A stretch of 64,000 nt of DNA from Eubacteriales bacterium (lineage in GTDB: Bacteria > Bacillota > Clostridia > Oscillospirales > CAG-272), in NCBI GenBank assembly GCA_045596925.1, contig JAZODH010000003.1, forward strand, positions 1,100 to 65,099, given 5' to 3'. Position numbers and translations under genes: made by a program. A model generated the notes under the pieces. It ran no database searches. It was given only the letters and a program-made list of their open reading frames with translations, and was not told the origin of the DNA. This document shows, piece by piece, positions 38,262 to 47,053 of the stretch. The stretch's first letter is position 1; every line of letters starts with the position of its first letter.

Positions 38262-39100
38262 AAACGGAGACAACCTTGAACACTCAATTTTCTGACATTT
38301 TGACCTGCCCTGTTTGCAAAAAAGGATTCGAGAGAGTAGGAAATTCCCTGCTCTGTCTGAGTGAGAGCAAGCGGCACTGCTTTGATATAGCAAGATCGGG
38401 CCACGTAAATCTTCTCTGCTCTCACAGCTCAGGCGGAGACGACAAGGCTTGTGCTGACAGCAGAACAGCATTTTTGGAAAAGGATTTTTACTGTCCTTTT
38501 TCCGATGAGATAAACGGTCTGCTTGAAAAATACGGCATCAAGAGCCTGCTCGACGCGGGCTGTGGCGAGGGATATTACACCCATCGGGCGGCGGACGTGT
38601 GCGACACGGTCCTTGGCATCGACCTGTCGAAATTTGCCGTAGAGACCGCCGCAAAAAGAGCGAAGCGCGAAGGCAAGACCAACGAGCTTTACGCAGTAGC
38701 GGGCATTTTCGACGTTCCCGTTGCAAACGGTTCCTTTGACGGCATAATCAATCTGTTCGCACCTTGTTGTGAAGAAGAATTTTCAAGACTCTTGAAAAAG
38801 GACGGGATCCTCATCATTGGCGCGGCAGGAAAGAATCATCTGCTTGGGCTGAAAAAAGCCATTTACGAGACCACATATAAGAACGAGCCGCGCGGCGACC
38901 TGCCACGCAACATGGAGTTGCTTGAGAAAAGGACTGTGGCATTTGAGATAACGCTTGAAGGTCAGAATGACATTCAGAATCTATTTGCCATGACCCCGTA
39001 TTTTTACAGAACGAGCCGAGAGGACAAGGAAAAGCTTACCCGGCTCGACTTCCTGAAAACGGGTGTTGAATTTGACATTTTCGCATACAGAAACGCATAG
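38258..39100 (+). CDS. rlmA: RlmA-family 23S rRNA (guanine-N1)-methyltransferase-like protein
   Basis: N-terminal Zn-ribbon CPVCKKGF...CF and SAM motif LDAGCGEGYYTH. Collinear by eye with E. coli RlmA (FDMAKEGYVNLL vs FDIARSGHVNLL). Start codon uncertain. Confidence 0.85.
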   Translation: MKTETTLNTQFSDILTCPVCKKGFERVGNSLLCLSESKRHCFDIARSGHVNLLCSHSSGGDDKACADSRTAFLEKDFYCPFSDEINGLLEKYGIKSLLDAGCGEGYYTHRAADVCDTVLGIDLSKFAVETAAKRAKREGKTNELYAVAGIFDVPVANGSFDGIINLFAPCCEEEFSRLLKKDGILIIGAAGKNHLLGLKKAIYETTYKNEPRGDLPRNMELLEKRTVAFEITLEGQNDIQNLFAMTPYFYRTSREDKEKLTRLDFLKTGVEFDIFAYRNA

Positions 39101-39115
39101 AAAGGAGGCGGGAAC

Positions 39116-39835
39116 TTGAAATATTCGATCTGCATACCTATGTACAACGAGGAATCGGTCATCGAGGATACGGCAAAAAAGCTGACCGCCTACCTTGACC
39201 GTACATACGGCGAGGACTACGAGCTTATATTTTACGATGACGGAAGCAGTGACCGCTCGGTTGAACTTGTAAAGGCTCTCGGTCTTCCCCGAGTTCGTGT
39301 AATTGAGGGCAAGGAAAACCACGGAAAGGGCAGAGGCGTAAGAATGTCTGTTTTGGCGTCTGTGGGAGAATACGTAATGTTCACCGACGCCGACCTTGCA
39401 TACGGTTGCGATACTATCAAAAAAATGTTTGATTCTCTTGAAGCGGACTCTACCGCTTCCCTGTCCATCGGCTCACGAAATATCTCGTCCGACGGCTACG
39501 AGGGCTACACCTTTATGCGGAAATTCGCGTCCAAGGCATACATCAAGGTGCTCAATATTCTGGGCGGACTTAAATGCTCGGATTCCCAATGCGGCTGCAA
39601 GGCGTTTGTAGGCGAGAAGATACGCCCCGTTCTTGAAAGGTGCAAAATCGACGGCTTTGCATTCGACTTTGAGATAATCCTTCGTGCGCAAAAGGCGGGT
39701 CTTAAAATAATTGAAGTTCCCGTGAAGATAATTAATCACCGTGAGTCGAAGGTGCATCTTATAAAGGACGCGTTTACCATGCTTGGAGATATTACGAGGA
39801 TAAACAAAATGATCCGTCGGGAGTCAAAGGAATAA
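39116..39835 (+). CDS. family 2 glycosyltransferase (polyprenol-phosphate glycosyltransferase-like)
   Basis: 239 aa. SICIPMYNEE and FTDADLAY (DxD) motifs. TTG start after AAAGGAGG. Confidence 0.85.
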   Translation: MKYSICIPMYNEESVIEDTAKKLTAYLDRTYGEDYELIFYDDGSSDRSVELVKALGLPRVRVIEGKENHGKGRGVRMSVLASVGEYVMFTDADLAYGCDTIKKMFDSLEADSTASLSIGSRNISSDGYEGYTFMRKFASKAYIKVLNILGGLKCSDSQCGCKAFVGEKIRPVLERCKIDGFAFDFEIILRAQKAGLKIIEVPVKIINHRESKVHLIKDAFTMLGDITRINKMIRRESKE

Positions 39836-39866
39836 AAAAACAGGTGCTTTCGCACCTGTTTTTTTA
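39834..39866. terminator. bidirectional intrinsic terminator between convergent GT2 and ABC ATPase genes
   Basis: A-run, caggtgc, tttc, gcacctg, T-run. It fills the whole 31-nt gap between the two stops. Confidence 0.8.
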
Positions 39867-40631
39867 TTAAAGGACACTCTGCAAAAACTGCTGTGTTCTG
39901 GGGTTTTGAGGATTTGAAAAGATCTCCTCAGGCTTACCCTGCTCGGCGATTCCTTTGTCGCAAACGAACAGAACTCTGTCGGCGACCTCGCGGGCAAATC
40001 CCATCTCGTGGGTAACTACCGCCATGGTCATTCCTTCTTTTGCCAGGGACTTCATAACGTCAAGCACCTCACCGACCATCTCGGGGTCAAGCGCGGAGGT
40101 GGGCTCGTCGAAAAGAAGCACGTCGGGGTTCATCATAAGCGCGCGCACGATGGCAATTCTCTGCTTCTGACCGCCCGAAAGCTGATTGGGATAAGCATCT
40201 GCCTTTTCAAGCAAACCGACCCTCTCAAGCAGTTTTTTTGCTTTCCCCTCCGCTTCTTCACGGCTCAGGTGAAGGAGCTTCATCGGCGCGGACGTCATAT
40301 TTTTGAGCACCGACATATGGGGGAAAAGATTGAACTGCTGGAACACCATGCCGATCTTTCTTCTTATGAGGTTAATGTTACATTTTTTATCGGTTATACT
40401 TGCGCCCTCAAAGAGTATCTCGCCGTCGGTGGGTTCCTCCAGGCGATTGAGACAACGGAGAAGCGTACTCTTTCCGCCGCCCGAGGGGCCGATGATGCAG
40501 ACCACTTCGCCGCGCTTGATAGTGAGGTCGACGCCGTCAAGGACGACCAGGTCACCAAAAGCCTTGACCAGTCCCCTGACCTCGATTATATTTTCATTTT
40601 TATCTATCACCTTTACGCAACCTCTTTTCAA
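39867..40631 (-). CDS. polar amino-acid ABC transporter ATP-binding protein
   Basis: Walker [10 protein letters not shown] and signature [15 protein letters not shown]. GlnQ/HisP-like length. Start may be an internal GTG (40616 or 40610). Confidence 0.93.
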   Translation of the reverse strand: MKRGCVKVIDKNENIIEVRGLVKAFGDLVVLDGVDLTIKRGEVVCIIGPSGGGKSTLLRCLNRLEEPTDGEILFEGASITDKKCNINLIRRKIGMVFQQFNLFPHMSVLKNMTSAPMKLLHLSREEAEGKAKKLLERVGLLEKADAYPNQLSGGQKQRIAIVRALMMNPDVLLFDEPTSALDPEMVGEVLDVMKSLAKEGMTMAVVTHEMGFAREVADRVLFVCDKGIAEQGKPEEIFSNPQNPRTQQFLQSVL

Positions 40632-42000
40632 GTTTTGATACCAGGTGCGAAAGCACCAGTACTACCACAAGGTATATAAGGGCTACCGCTATCAGCGGCA
40701 TGAAATTACTGTATGTTACCGAACGAATTTTCAGACCGCCCTGGGTAAGGTCGGCAACGCCTATGTAGAAAGCTACCGAGGACTCTTTAAGCAACGTGAT
40801 AAACTCGTTTGCCAAGGACGGCAGGATCGCTTTGAACGCCTGAGGGAACACGATGTAGAGCATGGTCTGGTAGTAAGAGAGGCCAAGGCTTCGACCCGCT
40901 TCGCTCTGTCCCTCGTCGATAGACATGATGCCTCCGCGGACGATCTCGGCGACGTAAGCACCCGAGTTGAATCCGAAGCACAGCACCGCCGAGGTGAATT
41001 TTTCGACTCCGATGGGCAAAAGAATTACGAAATAGATAATGATAAGCTGTACCATTACCGGGGTTCCGCGGACAACGGCCAGATAGAGACGGCAGATCTT
41101 ATCCGCAATGTTCAGCTTGCCCGTTTTCTGGTTGGTCACACGGATAATTGCCACCACAAAGCCGATAACAACGCCAAGCAGCACCGCCAGGAAAGTAATG
41201 GCAAGGGTAGTTCCAAGACCCTTTACAAGGTAAGTCCAGCGATCCCCCTCAATGAAGTTGCGATAAAACTCGTCAGCAAAATCGTTCCACAGCTTTTCGA
41301 GGGGAGTGCCCGTATCGGGCTTTTGGGAGCTGTAATTATTAAGTCCCACCACGTCACCGATGCCGTTCCGCAGAGTATTTATTCTACTGATATCGGTGTC
41401 GCCGGCTTCGGTCTTGATCGAGGTGGTTTCCTTTATGGCGCGTCGAACGTCCAGAATACCGCCGAGGCAGGTATTTACCGTTTCATCGTTAAGATAAACG
41501 GAAAGCTCATCCTTGCCCGTGGCGTAAACGGTGATCTCCACCTTGCCCTGCAGGGTCTGAGCCTCGCTCAGCCATTCAAGGAAAAGGGGTGTCACCTTAT
41601 GCTTATAATTTACGGCGTTTGCCTTGGGGTCTTCAAGATACAACGAATATGCAAGGCTGAAAAGCTCTTGGCTGTTTGCCTCGTACAAGCTCTTTACGTC
41701 AAGGGTGGTATATTCGCAGTCAAGAATGATATTTTTCTCGTTCCCGTAGGCTATATCCTTGACCGTGATCTTCGTATTTTTGAGCAGCTCCTTTGATCCG
41801 CCCGCAACGTTTACGGGCAGAGACGCAAAGGTATCGTCGATGAGTGACTGAGCGCCGTCCGGGTCTATTTTAACGTCAACTCTGCCCGCCAGCTCGTTCC
41901 AAACAAGCAATCCTGCCAAAAGGACAACGACCACCGCTGTCGAGATTATTACCGTCAGTAACTTTTTGCGACTAAGGTTTTTCTTTTTCATTCCCGGCAT
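40600..42000 (-). CDS. amino-acid ABC transporter permease (HisM/GlnP type) fused to a large N-terminal extracytoplasmic domain of unknown type
   Basis: 466 aa. One N-terminal TM, about 210 aa with no hydrophobic segments, then a 5-TM permease core with the EAA-like loop EAGRSLGLS. Confidence 0.9.
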   Translation of the reverse strand: MPGMKKKNLSRKKLLTVIISTAVVVVLLAGLLVWNELAGRVDVKIDPDGAQSLIDDTFASLPVNVAGGSKELLKNTKITVKDIAYGNEKNIILDCEYTTLDVKSLYEANSQELFSLAYSLYLEDPKANAVNYKHKVTPLFLEWLSEAQTLQGKVEITVYATGKDELSVYLNDETVNTCLGGILDVRRAIKETTSIKTEAGDTDISRINTLRNGIGDVVGLNNYSSQKPDTGTPLEKLWNDFADEFYRNFIEGDRWTYLVKGLGTTLAITFLAVLLGVVIGFVVAIIRVTNQKTGKLNIADKICRLYLAVVRGTPVMVQLIIIYFVILLPIGVEKFTSAVLCFGFNSGAYVAEIVRGGIMSIDEGQSEAGRSLGLSYYQTMLYIVFPQAFKAILPSLANEFITLLKESSVAFYIGVADLTQGGLKIRSVTYSNFMPLIAVALIYLVVVLVLSHLVSKLEKRLRKGDR

Positions 42001-42012
42001 TTACCTTTCCTT

Positions 42013-42049
42013 TCATTTGATCTCTCGTCCGCAGAGAAAGATCAAATGA
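42013..42049 (-). promoter_or_regulatory. intercistronic stem-loop just upstream of the permease RBS
   Basis: tcatttgatctctc / gagaaagatcaaatga arms with a 7-nt loop and one bulge. Confidence 0.45.
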
Positions 42050-42065
42050 TTTTTCTCCGTAACAC

Positions 42066-42097
42066 AAGATAAGGAATGATCGCTCATTCCTTATCTT
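42066..42097 (-). promoter_or_regulatory. intercistronic 14-bp perfect stem-loop after the SBP gene (no U-run on the coding strand)
   Basis: aagataaggaatga, tcgc, tcattccttatctt. On the minus strand it is followed by gtgtta, so it is not a canonical terminator. Confidence 0.5.
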
Positions 42098-42115
42098 TTT
42101 TATTTTGGTTTTTAA

Positions 42116-42952
42116 TTATTCAGCGGGAATGTACTTGTCGATGATAGCCTTAACGGTACCGTCAGCGATAAGCTCGTCGATAGCAGTGTTGAGCTTGTCA
42201 AGAAGCTCCTGGTTACCCTTTGCAACGCAGATAGCGTAGTCCTCGTTTGTGTACTCTGTATCAAGGATCGCAAGTCCCTCGTTTGCCGCAACAAGGTTCT
42301 TTGCAGGCTCGTTGTCGATGATTACGCAGTCAACGGAGCCGGAAGCAAGTGCGAGAACTGCCTCGTTACCGTTTGCATAGCGAACAACTCTCTCGTCACC
42401 GAACTCGTCTGTGCAGTATGTATCACCTGTTGTACCGAGCTGAACGCCTACCTTGTAGGTTGCGCCCTCGGCAGCAAGGTCGTCATAGGATGCGATAGCG
42501 GAGCCTTCCTTTACGATGATAGCCTGAACGCCGTTTGCATAGCTGATAGTGAAGTCAACTTCCTTAAGTCTGTCCTCGTTCACGGTCATACCAGCCATAC
42601 CGAAGTCAACGGAGCCTTCCTGAACTGCTGTCAGGATAGAGTCGAACTGCATATCAACGATCTCAAGCGTCATACCAAGCTTCTCTGCGATCTTCGCAGC
42701 GATCTCAGCATCAATACCGACGATGGTTTCACCCTCGTAGTACTCGTAGGGTGCGAAGTAAGCGTTTGTAGCCATCTTCAGAGTGCCGTCGCCTGCAGGC
42801 TCGTTGTCGTTGTCTGTGTCTGCGGGCGTTGAATCTGTTGTCTGAGCGCCCTTGTTTTCGTCATCATTGTCCTTTACGTCTGTGCCGCAAGCCGCGAATG
42901 CAAAGAGCATTACGAATGCAAGCACAAGTGCCATGATCTTTGTGAATTTCAT
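42116..42952 (-). CDS. amino-acid ABC transporter substrate-binding lipoprotein (SBP_bac_3 type)
   Basis: Signal peptide with lipobox AFAACG, an acidic linker, then a type II SBP fold. Start refined to the ATG at 42952 (MKFTKIM) after GGAGGAAA. Confidence 0.92.
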   Translation of the reverse strand: MKFTKIMALVLAFVMLFAFAACGTDVKDNDDENKGAQTTDSTPADTDNDNEPAGDGTLKMATNAYFAPYEYYEGETIVGIDAEIAAKIAEKLGMTLEIVDMQFDSILTAVQEGSVDFGMAGMTVNEDRLKEVDFTISYANGVQAIIVKEGSAIASYDDLAAEGATYKVGVQLGTTGDTYCTDEFGDERVVRYANGNEAVLALASGSVDCVIIDNEPAKNLVAANEGLAILDTEYTNEDYAICVAKGNQELLDKLNTAIDELIADGTVKAIIDKYIPAE

Positions 42953-42998
42953 TTTATTTTCCTCCAAATGTTGTGGGGCTTTGCCCTATGTATCGGGT

Positions 42999-43027
42999 AT
43001 TATACCGCATAAATATCCACTTGTCAA
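42999..43027 (-). promoter_or_regulatory. SigA-type promoter of the amino-acid ABC operon
   Basis: Minus strand reads TTGACA, 17 nt (agtggatatttatgcgg), TATAAT. Confidence 0.65.
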
Positions 43028-43089
43028 GTATTTTTTTGCATTTTTGGCGAAATATACATAAAATATGCGCAAATATTCCCTTCTTATAT

Positions 43090-43620
43090 TCAACAAAACA
43101 GTGCGAGGGCATTTAATATCGCGCAGTATGCCAGCCAGATAATATGTATAAACATACACGCTCCCGCAAAAGCATAGACCTTCAGGTACTCAATCGCGGC
43201 CAAAATAGTGAACAATATGATGACAAGGCAATTCCAAAAAGCCAAAAAGAAGGCGTTGCCTCCGAAAAAGAGGGGATACCAGACCAGATTGAACACAAGC
43301 GCCACGATCAGATACATACTTCCCTTATACACGTGCACCTGCTTACCGTGTACCCTGCAGGAGAGCACCGCCCCCAGACAAAAGCCTACCGCTATATACC
43401 AAAGTGTCCAAATAATACCCATGACGAAAGGCGGCGGGAATATGTCGTCAAGACCGAGCAATTTAATGGTCAGGTACGGCGGACGAGAGAGAAAGCGGGA
43501 CAGCATCCCGAAGAACAGCACGCAGAAAACGCAGGTCAATACGATCTTTCCGTTCAGACGGTAAGATCCAAGTGTCCGTTTTATTCTCTTTAAAAAACCA
43601 ATTTTATGCAAAAAAATCAC
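43090..43620 (-). CDS. tspO: TspO/MBR-family (tryptophan-rich sensory protein-like) membrane protein
   Basis: 5 TM helices, Trp-rich, with the motifs IIWTLWYI and WYPLFFG. The GTG at 43620 lies inside the upstream terminator stem. A TTG at 43611, 8 nt after GAGG, is an alternative start. Confidence 0.75.
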   Translation of the reverse strand: MIFLHKIGFLKRIKRTLGSYRLNGKIVLTCVFCVLFFGMLSRFLSRPPYLTIKLLGLDDIFPPPFVMGIIWTLWYIAVGFCLGAVLSCRVHGKQVHVYKGSMYLIVALVFNLVWYPLFFGGNAFFLAFWNCLVIILFTILAAIEYLKVYAFAGACMFIHIIWLAYCAILNALALFC

Positions 43621-43644
43621 CTCACACTTACTGTATGAGGTGAT
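43616..43644 (-). terminator. intrinsic terminator after the PBP gene, overlapping the tspO initiation region
   Basis: Minus strand reads atcacctca, 11 nt, tgaggtgat, followed by ttttttt. The 3' arm carries GAGG(TGA), the likely tspO SD. Confidence 0.55.
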
Positions 43645-43652
43645 TTGATTTT

Positions 43653-46235
43653 TTAGTACCTTCGCCTGCCCCAGGAGGTTATCTCGCCTCGCTTGAAGGC
43701 ATCGAAATTAAAGTGTTCCCAGCAGAACTGGTTATATTGCTTTTCCACGTTGGTATATCCCGCAAACTTGCCGCCCAGCTCGTTTACGTAGAAGGGGTCA
43801 CCCCACCAGCCACCCGGCTCGGTGGTATCCGACATGGTCCTCCAAACGTACTGCGCGTCGGTGACTATGACCTGCGCAGGGAAATTTCTGTCCTCGATGT
43901 GGAGAAGCCCCACGCTTGCAATGTTCCCCGAAGGACAGCAGTCGCTTGCAACTGCGCCCGTTGAAGTGTCGTAGCGGACCATAACGTGAGTGGTGCAGTA
44001 GCCCTTAGGCTCGCTTCCCTTTGCAAACCAGCCCCATTCTGCGCGGGCACCCGACTTTCCTCTGGGGTCGGCATAGCACGCCTCTGTCATGAGCAGTCCC
44101 GAATCGCGGCAGTATCTTGCGCTGACCACCGTTTCGGGGGTCTCAAAGGTCTTTAGCGGTTCGCCGCCGTCCGCCGCCTGAGCGATATAATCGCTGTGAA
44201 GCTCGGTCATGATCTTGTCCCAGATGGTGATGCAGGGATTGCTGCTGAGGTTCGCCAGGGACTTGGGATACTCGTAGCCGTACCAAACGCCGCCTATATA
44301 ATAAGGCGTATAACCGATAAACCAGCGATCGTAGTCGTTTGAGGTCGTACCCGTCTTACCTGCGCAGTTGACCTGATTTTTGAGCGTGACTTTGGATGCT
44401 GTACCCTTGGTTACTACGTTTGTAAGCATCTTGGTCATGATAGCCGCATTCTCCTCGGAGAGAACCACCGTGCCCACGTCTTCATTTTCAAGGATGGTCT
44501 TTCCGTTTGAGTCCTCAACGCGCAGATAGGACTTTGCTTCATTAAATATACCTGCGTTGGTGAACATACTGTAAGCCGCCGTGATCTCGCGGACGGTAAC
44601 GCCGTAGTTCTGCTGACCCAGCGCCAGCGCCGCCAGACCCTTATCGGTAAGGCGCGTGCCGTTCGAGAGCTCAAGCAGGTCGATCAGGCTGTTCATCTGC
44701 AAATAATTCTTGCAGAAATCGAAGGAATAATCAAGGGTCAGGTCATTGAGCACCTTTACAGCGACAGTATTCTTTGATGTCTCGATAGCACTGTTTATAT
44801 TAGTCAGACCGTCATATCTGGCAGGCAGATTGTGAGGCCACACGGAGTTGTCGTCCTTGAACTCATAGGGGGTATCATCGTAAACGGTAGCGTAGTTAAT
44901 AAGTCCCGTTTCAAGAGCGGGAGCATAGACCGACACGGGCTTGATGGAAGAACCCGCAGGGCGCACCGTCTGGGTAGCGTAATTCTGAATTCGGTTACCC
45001 GTCTTCTCGCCTCGCTTACCCGCAACACCCAGAATATCGCTTGTGTAGGGGTCGATGATTATCATAGAGGACTGTGCGGGCATTCCGCTTGTATGCGCGG
45101 GGAAAATATCGGTCTCACTGTCTCCGATCAGGCCGTCCTTATACGCATCGTCAAGAACGTCCTGCACTTTTTTATCCATACAGGTATATATCTTAAGACC
45201 GCCCGAATATACAAGCATACTTGCCGCCTGCTGGGTATATCCTGCCTCCATCAGATCGTTCATAACGTCCTCGATGACCATGTCTGTATACCAGGAATTG
45301 ATGGCGCTGGACGAGCTTTTATCTACTGTATAGTTGAGAACGATCGGCTCGTCTATCACCGCGTCGAACTCCTCCTGAGTTATCTTCTCGGTCTCAAGCA
45401 TACGGCGCAGGACCGTTCTGCGACGGTCGTCGTTATCTTGGGGATGCGTTATGGGGTTATATTTCGAAGGGTTCTTCGTGATTCCCGCAATGCAGGCACA
45501 TTCGTTCAGAGTCAGCTCGCTTACATCCTTACCGAAATAGGTGTTTGCCGCCGCCTGGACCCCGTAGCAGTTCTGAGCTAAGCTGATGACGTTCATGTAA
45601 AGAGTAAGGATATCGTCCTTATCCTTTTGCTTTTCCAGGTCCAGCGCCCAGAAGATCTCCTGGATCTTTCGCTGGATCTTATAGTCGTCCTCACCCGAAA
45701 TGTTCTTTATAAGCTGCTGGGTGATGGTCGACGCACCGAATTCATCCATAAAGCCAAGGAAGAAGTTTGCACCCGCACCGATGGTTCTGTACCAGTCCAC
45801 ACCCTTGTGAGTCATAAATCTGTGGTCCTCGATAGCGATAAAGGCATCACGCAGAGTCTGTGGGATCTGCTTGTAAGGCACGTAGATACTGTTCGCCTCG
45901 CCGTGGATCTCCGCCATCTCGACAGGAGTTCCCTCTCTTGCCGCCCTGTCCGTATAATCGTAGTAATACAGAGTGGTGGTCGTGGTGGTGCTTGTGATAT
46001 TCATGTCGTATTTCTCAATATCTATCTCAAGCACGATATTGTTCTTTACGTAGACCGCAAAGGTACAACCGACAATGATGCCTGCTATGACACCCACCAA
46101 AATACAGGTCAGGAACGCGTTAAGTATGAATATGAGAACACGCCCCACACGGCTTTTCTTCTTTTTCTTGGGTCGGTCTTCTGTCGGCTTCTCTTTTTTC
46201 TTGGGAAGTCGAGTATCAAACTTTCCTATCTTCAA
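43653..46235 (-). CDS. class A penicillin-binding protein (glycosyltransferase GT51 + transpeptidase)
   Basis: 860 aa. GT51 motifs AIEDHRF and GASTITQQL, transpeptidase SxxK (GSSIKP) and KTGTT, and a Cys-rich C-terminal extension. TTG start. Confidence 0.93.
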   Translation of the reverse strand: MKIGKFDTRLPKKKEKPTEDRPKKKKKSRVGRVLIFILNAFLTCILVGVIAGIIVGCTFAVYVKNNIVLEIDIEKYDMNITSTTTTTTLYYYDYTDRAAREGTPVEMAEIHGEANSIYVPYKQIPQTLRDAFIAIEDHRFMTHKGVDWYRTIGAGANFFLGFMDEFGASTITQQLIKNISGEDDYKIQRKIQEIFWALDLEKQKDKDDILTLYMNVISLAQNCYGVQAAANTYFGKDVSELTLNECACIAGITKNPSKYNPITHPQDNDDRRRTVLRRMLETEKITQEEFDAVIDEPIVLNYTVDKSSSSAINSWYTDMVIEDVMNDLMEAGYTQQAASMLVYSGGLKIYTCMDKKVQDVLDDAYKDGLIGDSETDIFPAHTSGMPAQSSMIIIDPYTSDILGVAGKRGEKTGNRIQNYATQTVRPAGSSIKPVSVYAPALETGLINYATVYDDTPYEFKDDNSVWPHNLPARYDGLTNINSAIETSKNTVAVKVLNDLTLDYSFDFCKNYLQMNSLIDLLELSNGTRLTDKGLAALALGQQNYGVTVREITAAYSMFTNAGIFNEAKSYLRVEDSNGKTILENEDVGTVVLSEENAAIMTKMLTNVVTKGTASKVTLKNQVNCAGKTGTTSNDYDRWFIGYTPYYIGGVWYGYEYPKSLANLSSNPCITIWDKIMTELHSDYIAQAADGGEPLKTFETPETVVSARYCRDSGLLMTEACYADPRGKSGARAEWGWFAKGSEPKGYCTTHVMVRYDTSTGAVASDCCPSGNIASVGLLHIEDRNFPAQVIVTDAQYVWRTMSDTTEPGGWWGDPFYVNELGGKFAGYTNVEKQYNQFCWEHFNFDAFKRGEITSWGRRRY

Positions 46236-46339
46236 AAAATATCACATCCTTTTCGATGGTAATATTATACACCGTTTTTTTGAATATATTATGAATTTAC
46301 GGTGATAATATAAGCAAATATCTGTATATGGAGTTTAAA

Positions 46340-46699
46340 ATGAAAAAATTCCTTTTGGCTTTCTGTCTTATAACATGCGTCGCCGTATCCGCTCTGTCGG
46401 CATATACTGCCGCTCACACAGCAACCACTCACAACCGCGCCAGCGCCGCGCAGACAAAGGAGATGAATGCCCTGCGCGCAAAGCTCGCCGAGCTTGAGGA
46501 ACAGCCCGAGGGCTTCGCCCTTCTCCGAGAGACCGACGGTGTCATCGGTCTGTACGACGCCCGGGGAGAGGTGCTTCTGTGCACCATAGACACCCCCGTC
46601 ATCAGTCTGCCCGAAGAAGAGCGCGGACAGATAATGGTGGGGCTGAAGGTAAAGGACGCCTTTCATTTTCTGCGCCTGTTTGAAAATCTGTCAGAGTAA
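46340..46699 (+). CDS. small secreted protein, C-terminal region reminiscent of the BofC C-terminal domain (tentative)
   Basis: Signal peptide MKKFLLAFCLITCVAVSALSA, then DGVIGLYDARGEVL...ISLPEEERGQIMVGLKVKDAFHFLRLFENLSE. ATG at 46340 follows GGAG by 6 nt; an alternative ATG is at 46328. Confidence 0.55.
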   Translation: MKKFLLAFCLITCVAVSALSAYTAAHTATTHNRASAAQTKEMNALRAKLAELEEQPEGFALLRETDGVIGLYDARGEVLLCTIDTPVISLPEEERGQIMVGLKVKDAFHFLRLFENLSE

Positions 46700-46702
46700 A
46701 GG

Positions 46703-47053
46703 TCAGGTGCACTTCTTGCAGGCTCTTTCCTTCCCTTCGGACTCTGCTTGCTCCTGCGTTCCGACCATAACGTTTTGGGATCTCTTCAGCGCAGAACAAT
46801 CGACACTTGTATGCCACACCGAGCCGGATTCCGTATAATAAACCGTAACCCCGTCCCATTCGGGCTCCGTTTCCTCGGCGGATTCCGTCGAAACGGTGTT
46901 TTCCGAGTGATTCCAAAGCTCGTTTACATCAATTTTGTCCGAAATATAAACGGGATCCGACGCGCACGCTGAAATCAACAGCATGATCAGCAGCAGATTA
47001 CACGGCAGAAAGCATTTTTTCAAGAATTCTGATCTTATTTTGCGACATTTCAT
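46703..47053 (-). CDS. small lipoprotein with C-terminal H-x3-C ... C-x2-C (Ada-Zn-like) motif
   Basis: MKCRKIRSEFLKKCFLPCNLLLIMLLISAC signal/lipobox and a C-terminus of WHTSVDCSALKRS...GKERACKKC. The start at 47053 is chosen on signal-peptide logic only (no clear SD) and overlaps the upstream gene by 56 nt. Confidence 0.55.
   Translation of the reverse strand: MKCRKIRSEFLKKCFLPCNLLLIMLLISACASDPVYISDKIDVNELWNHSENTVSTESAEETEPEWDGVTVYYTESGSVWHTSVDCSALKRSQNVMVGTQEQAESEGKERACKKCT

Noticed and set aside
40645-41796. 383-aa ORF on the plus strand, one of many long antisense ORFs. Others include 18650-19840, 15323-16225, 17097-17918, 11238-11984, 44832-45581, 50419-51216, 52160-52993 and 53902-54870.
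   Set aside because: Each lies entirely antisense to a gene with clear family motifs. Their translations are Arg/His/Gly/Val-rich with no motifs or RBS. GC3-rich coding sequence depletes stop codons on the opposite strand, so these are shadow ORFs.
43011-43020. aTATCCACt, a DnaA-box-like 9-mer near the ABC operon promoter.
   Set aside because: It is a single imperfect copy inside a promoter spacer, with no cluster of boxes, no AT-rich unwinding element and no dnaA/dnaN context.
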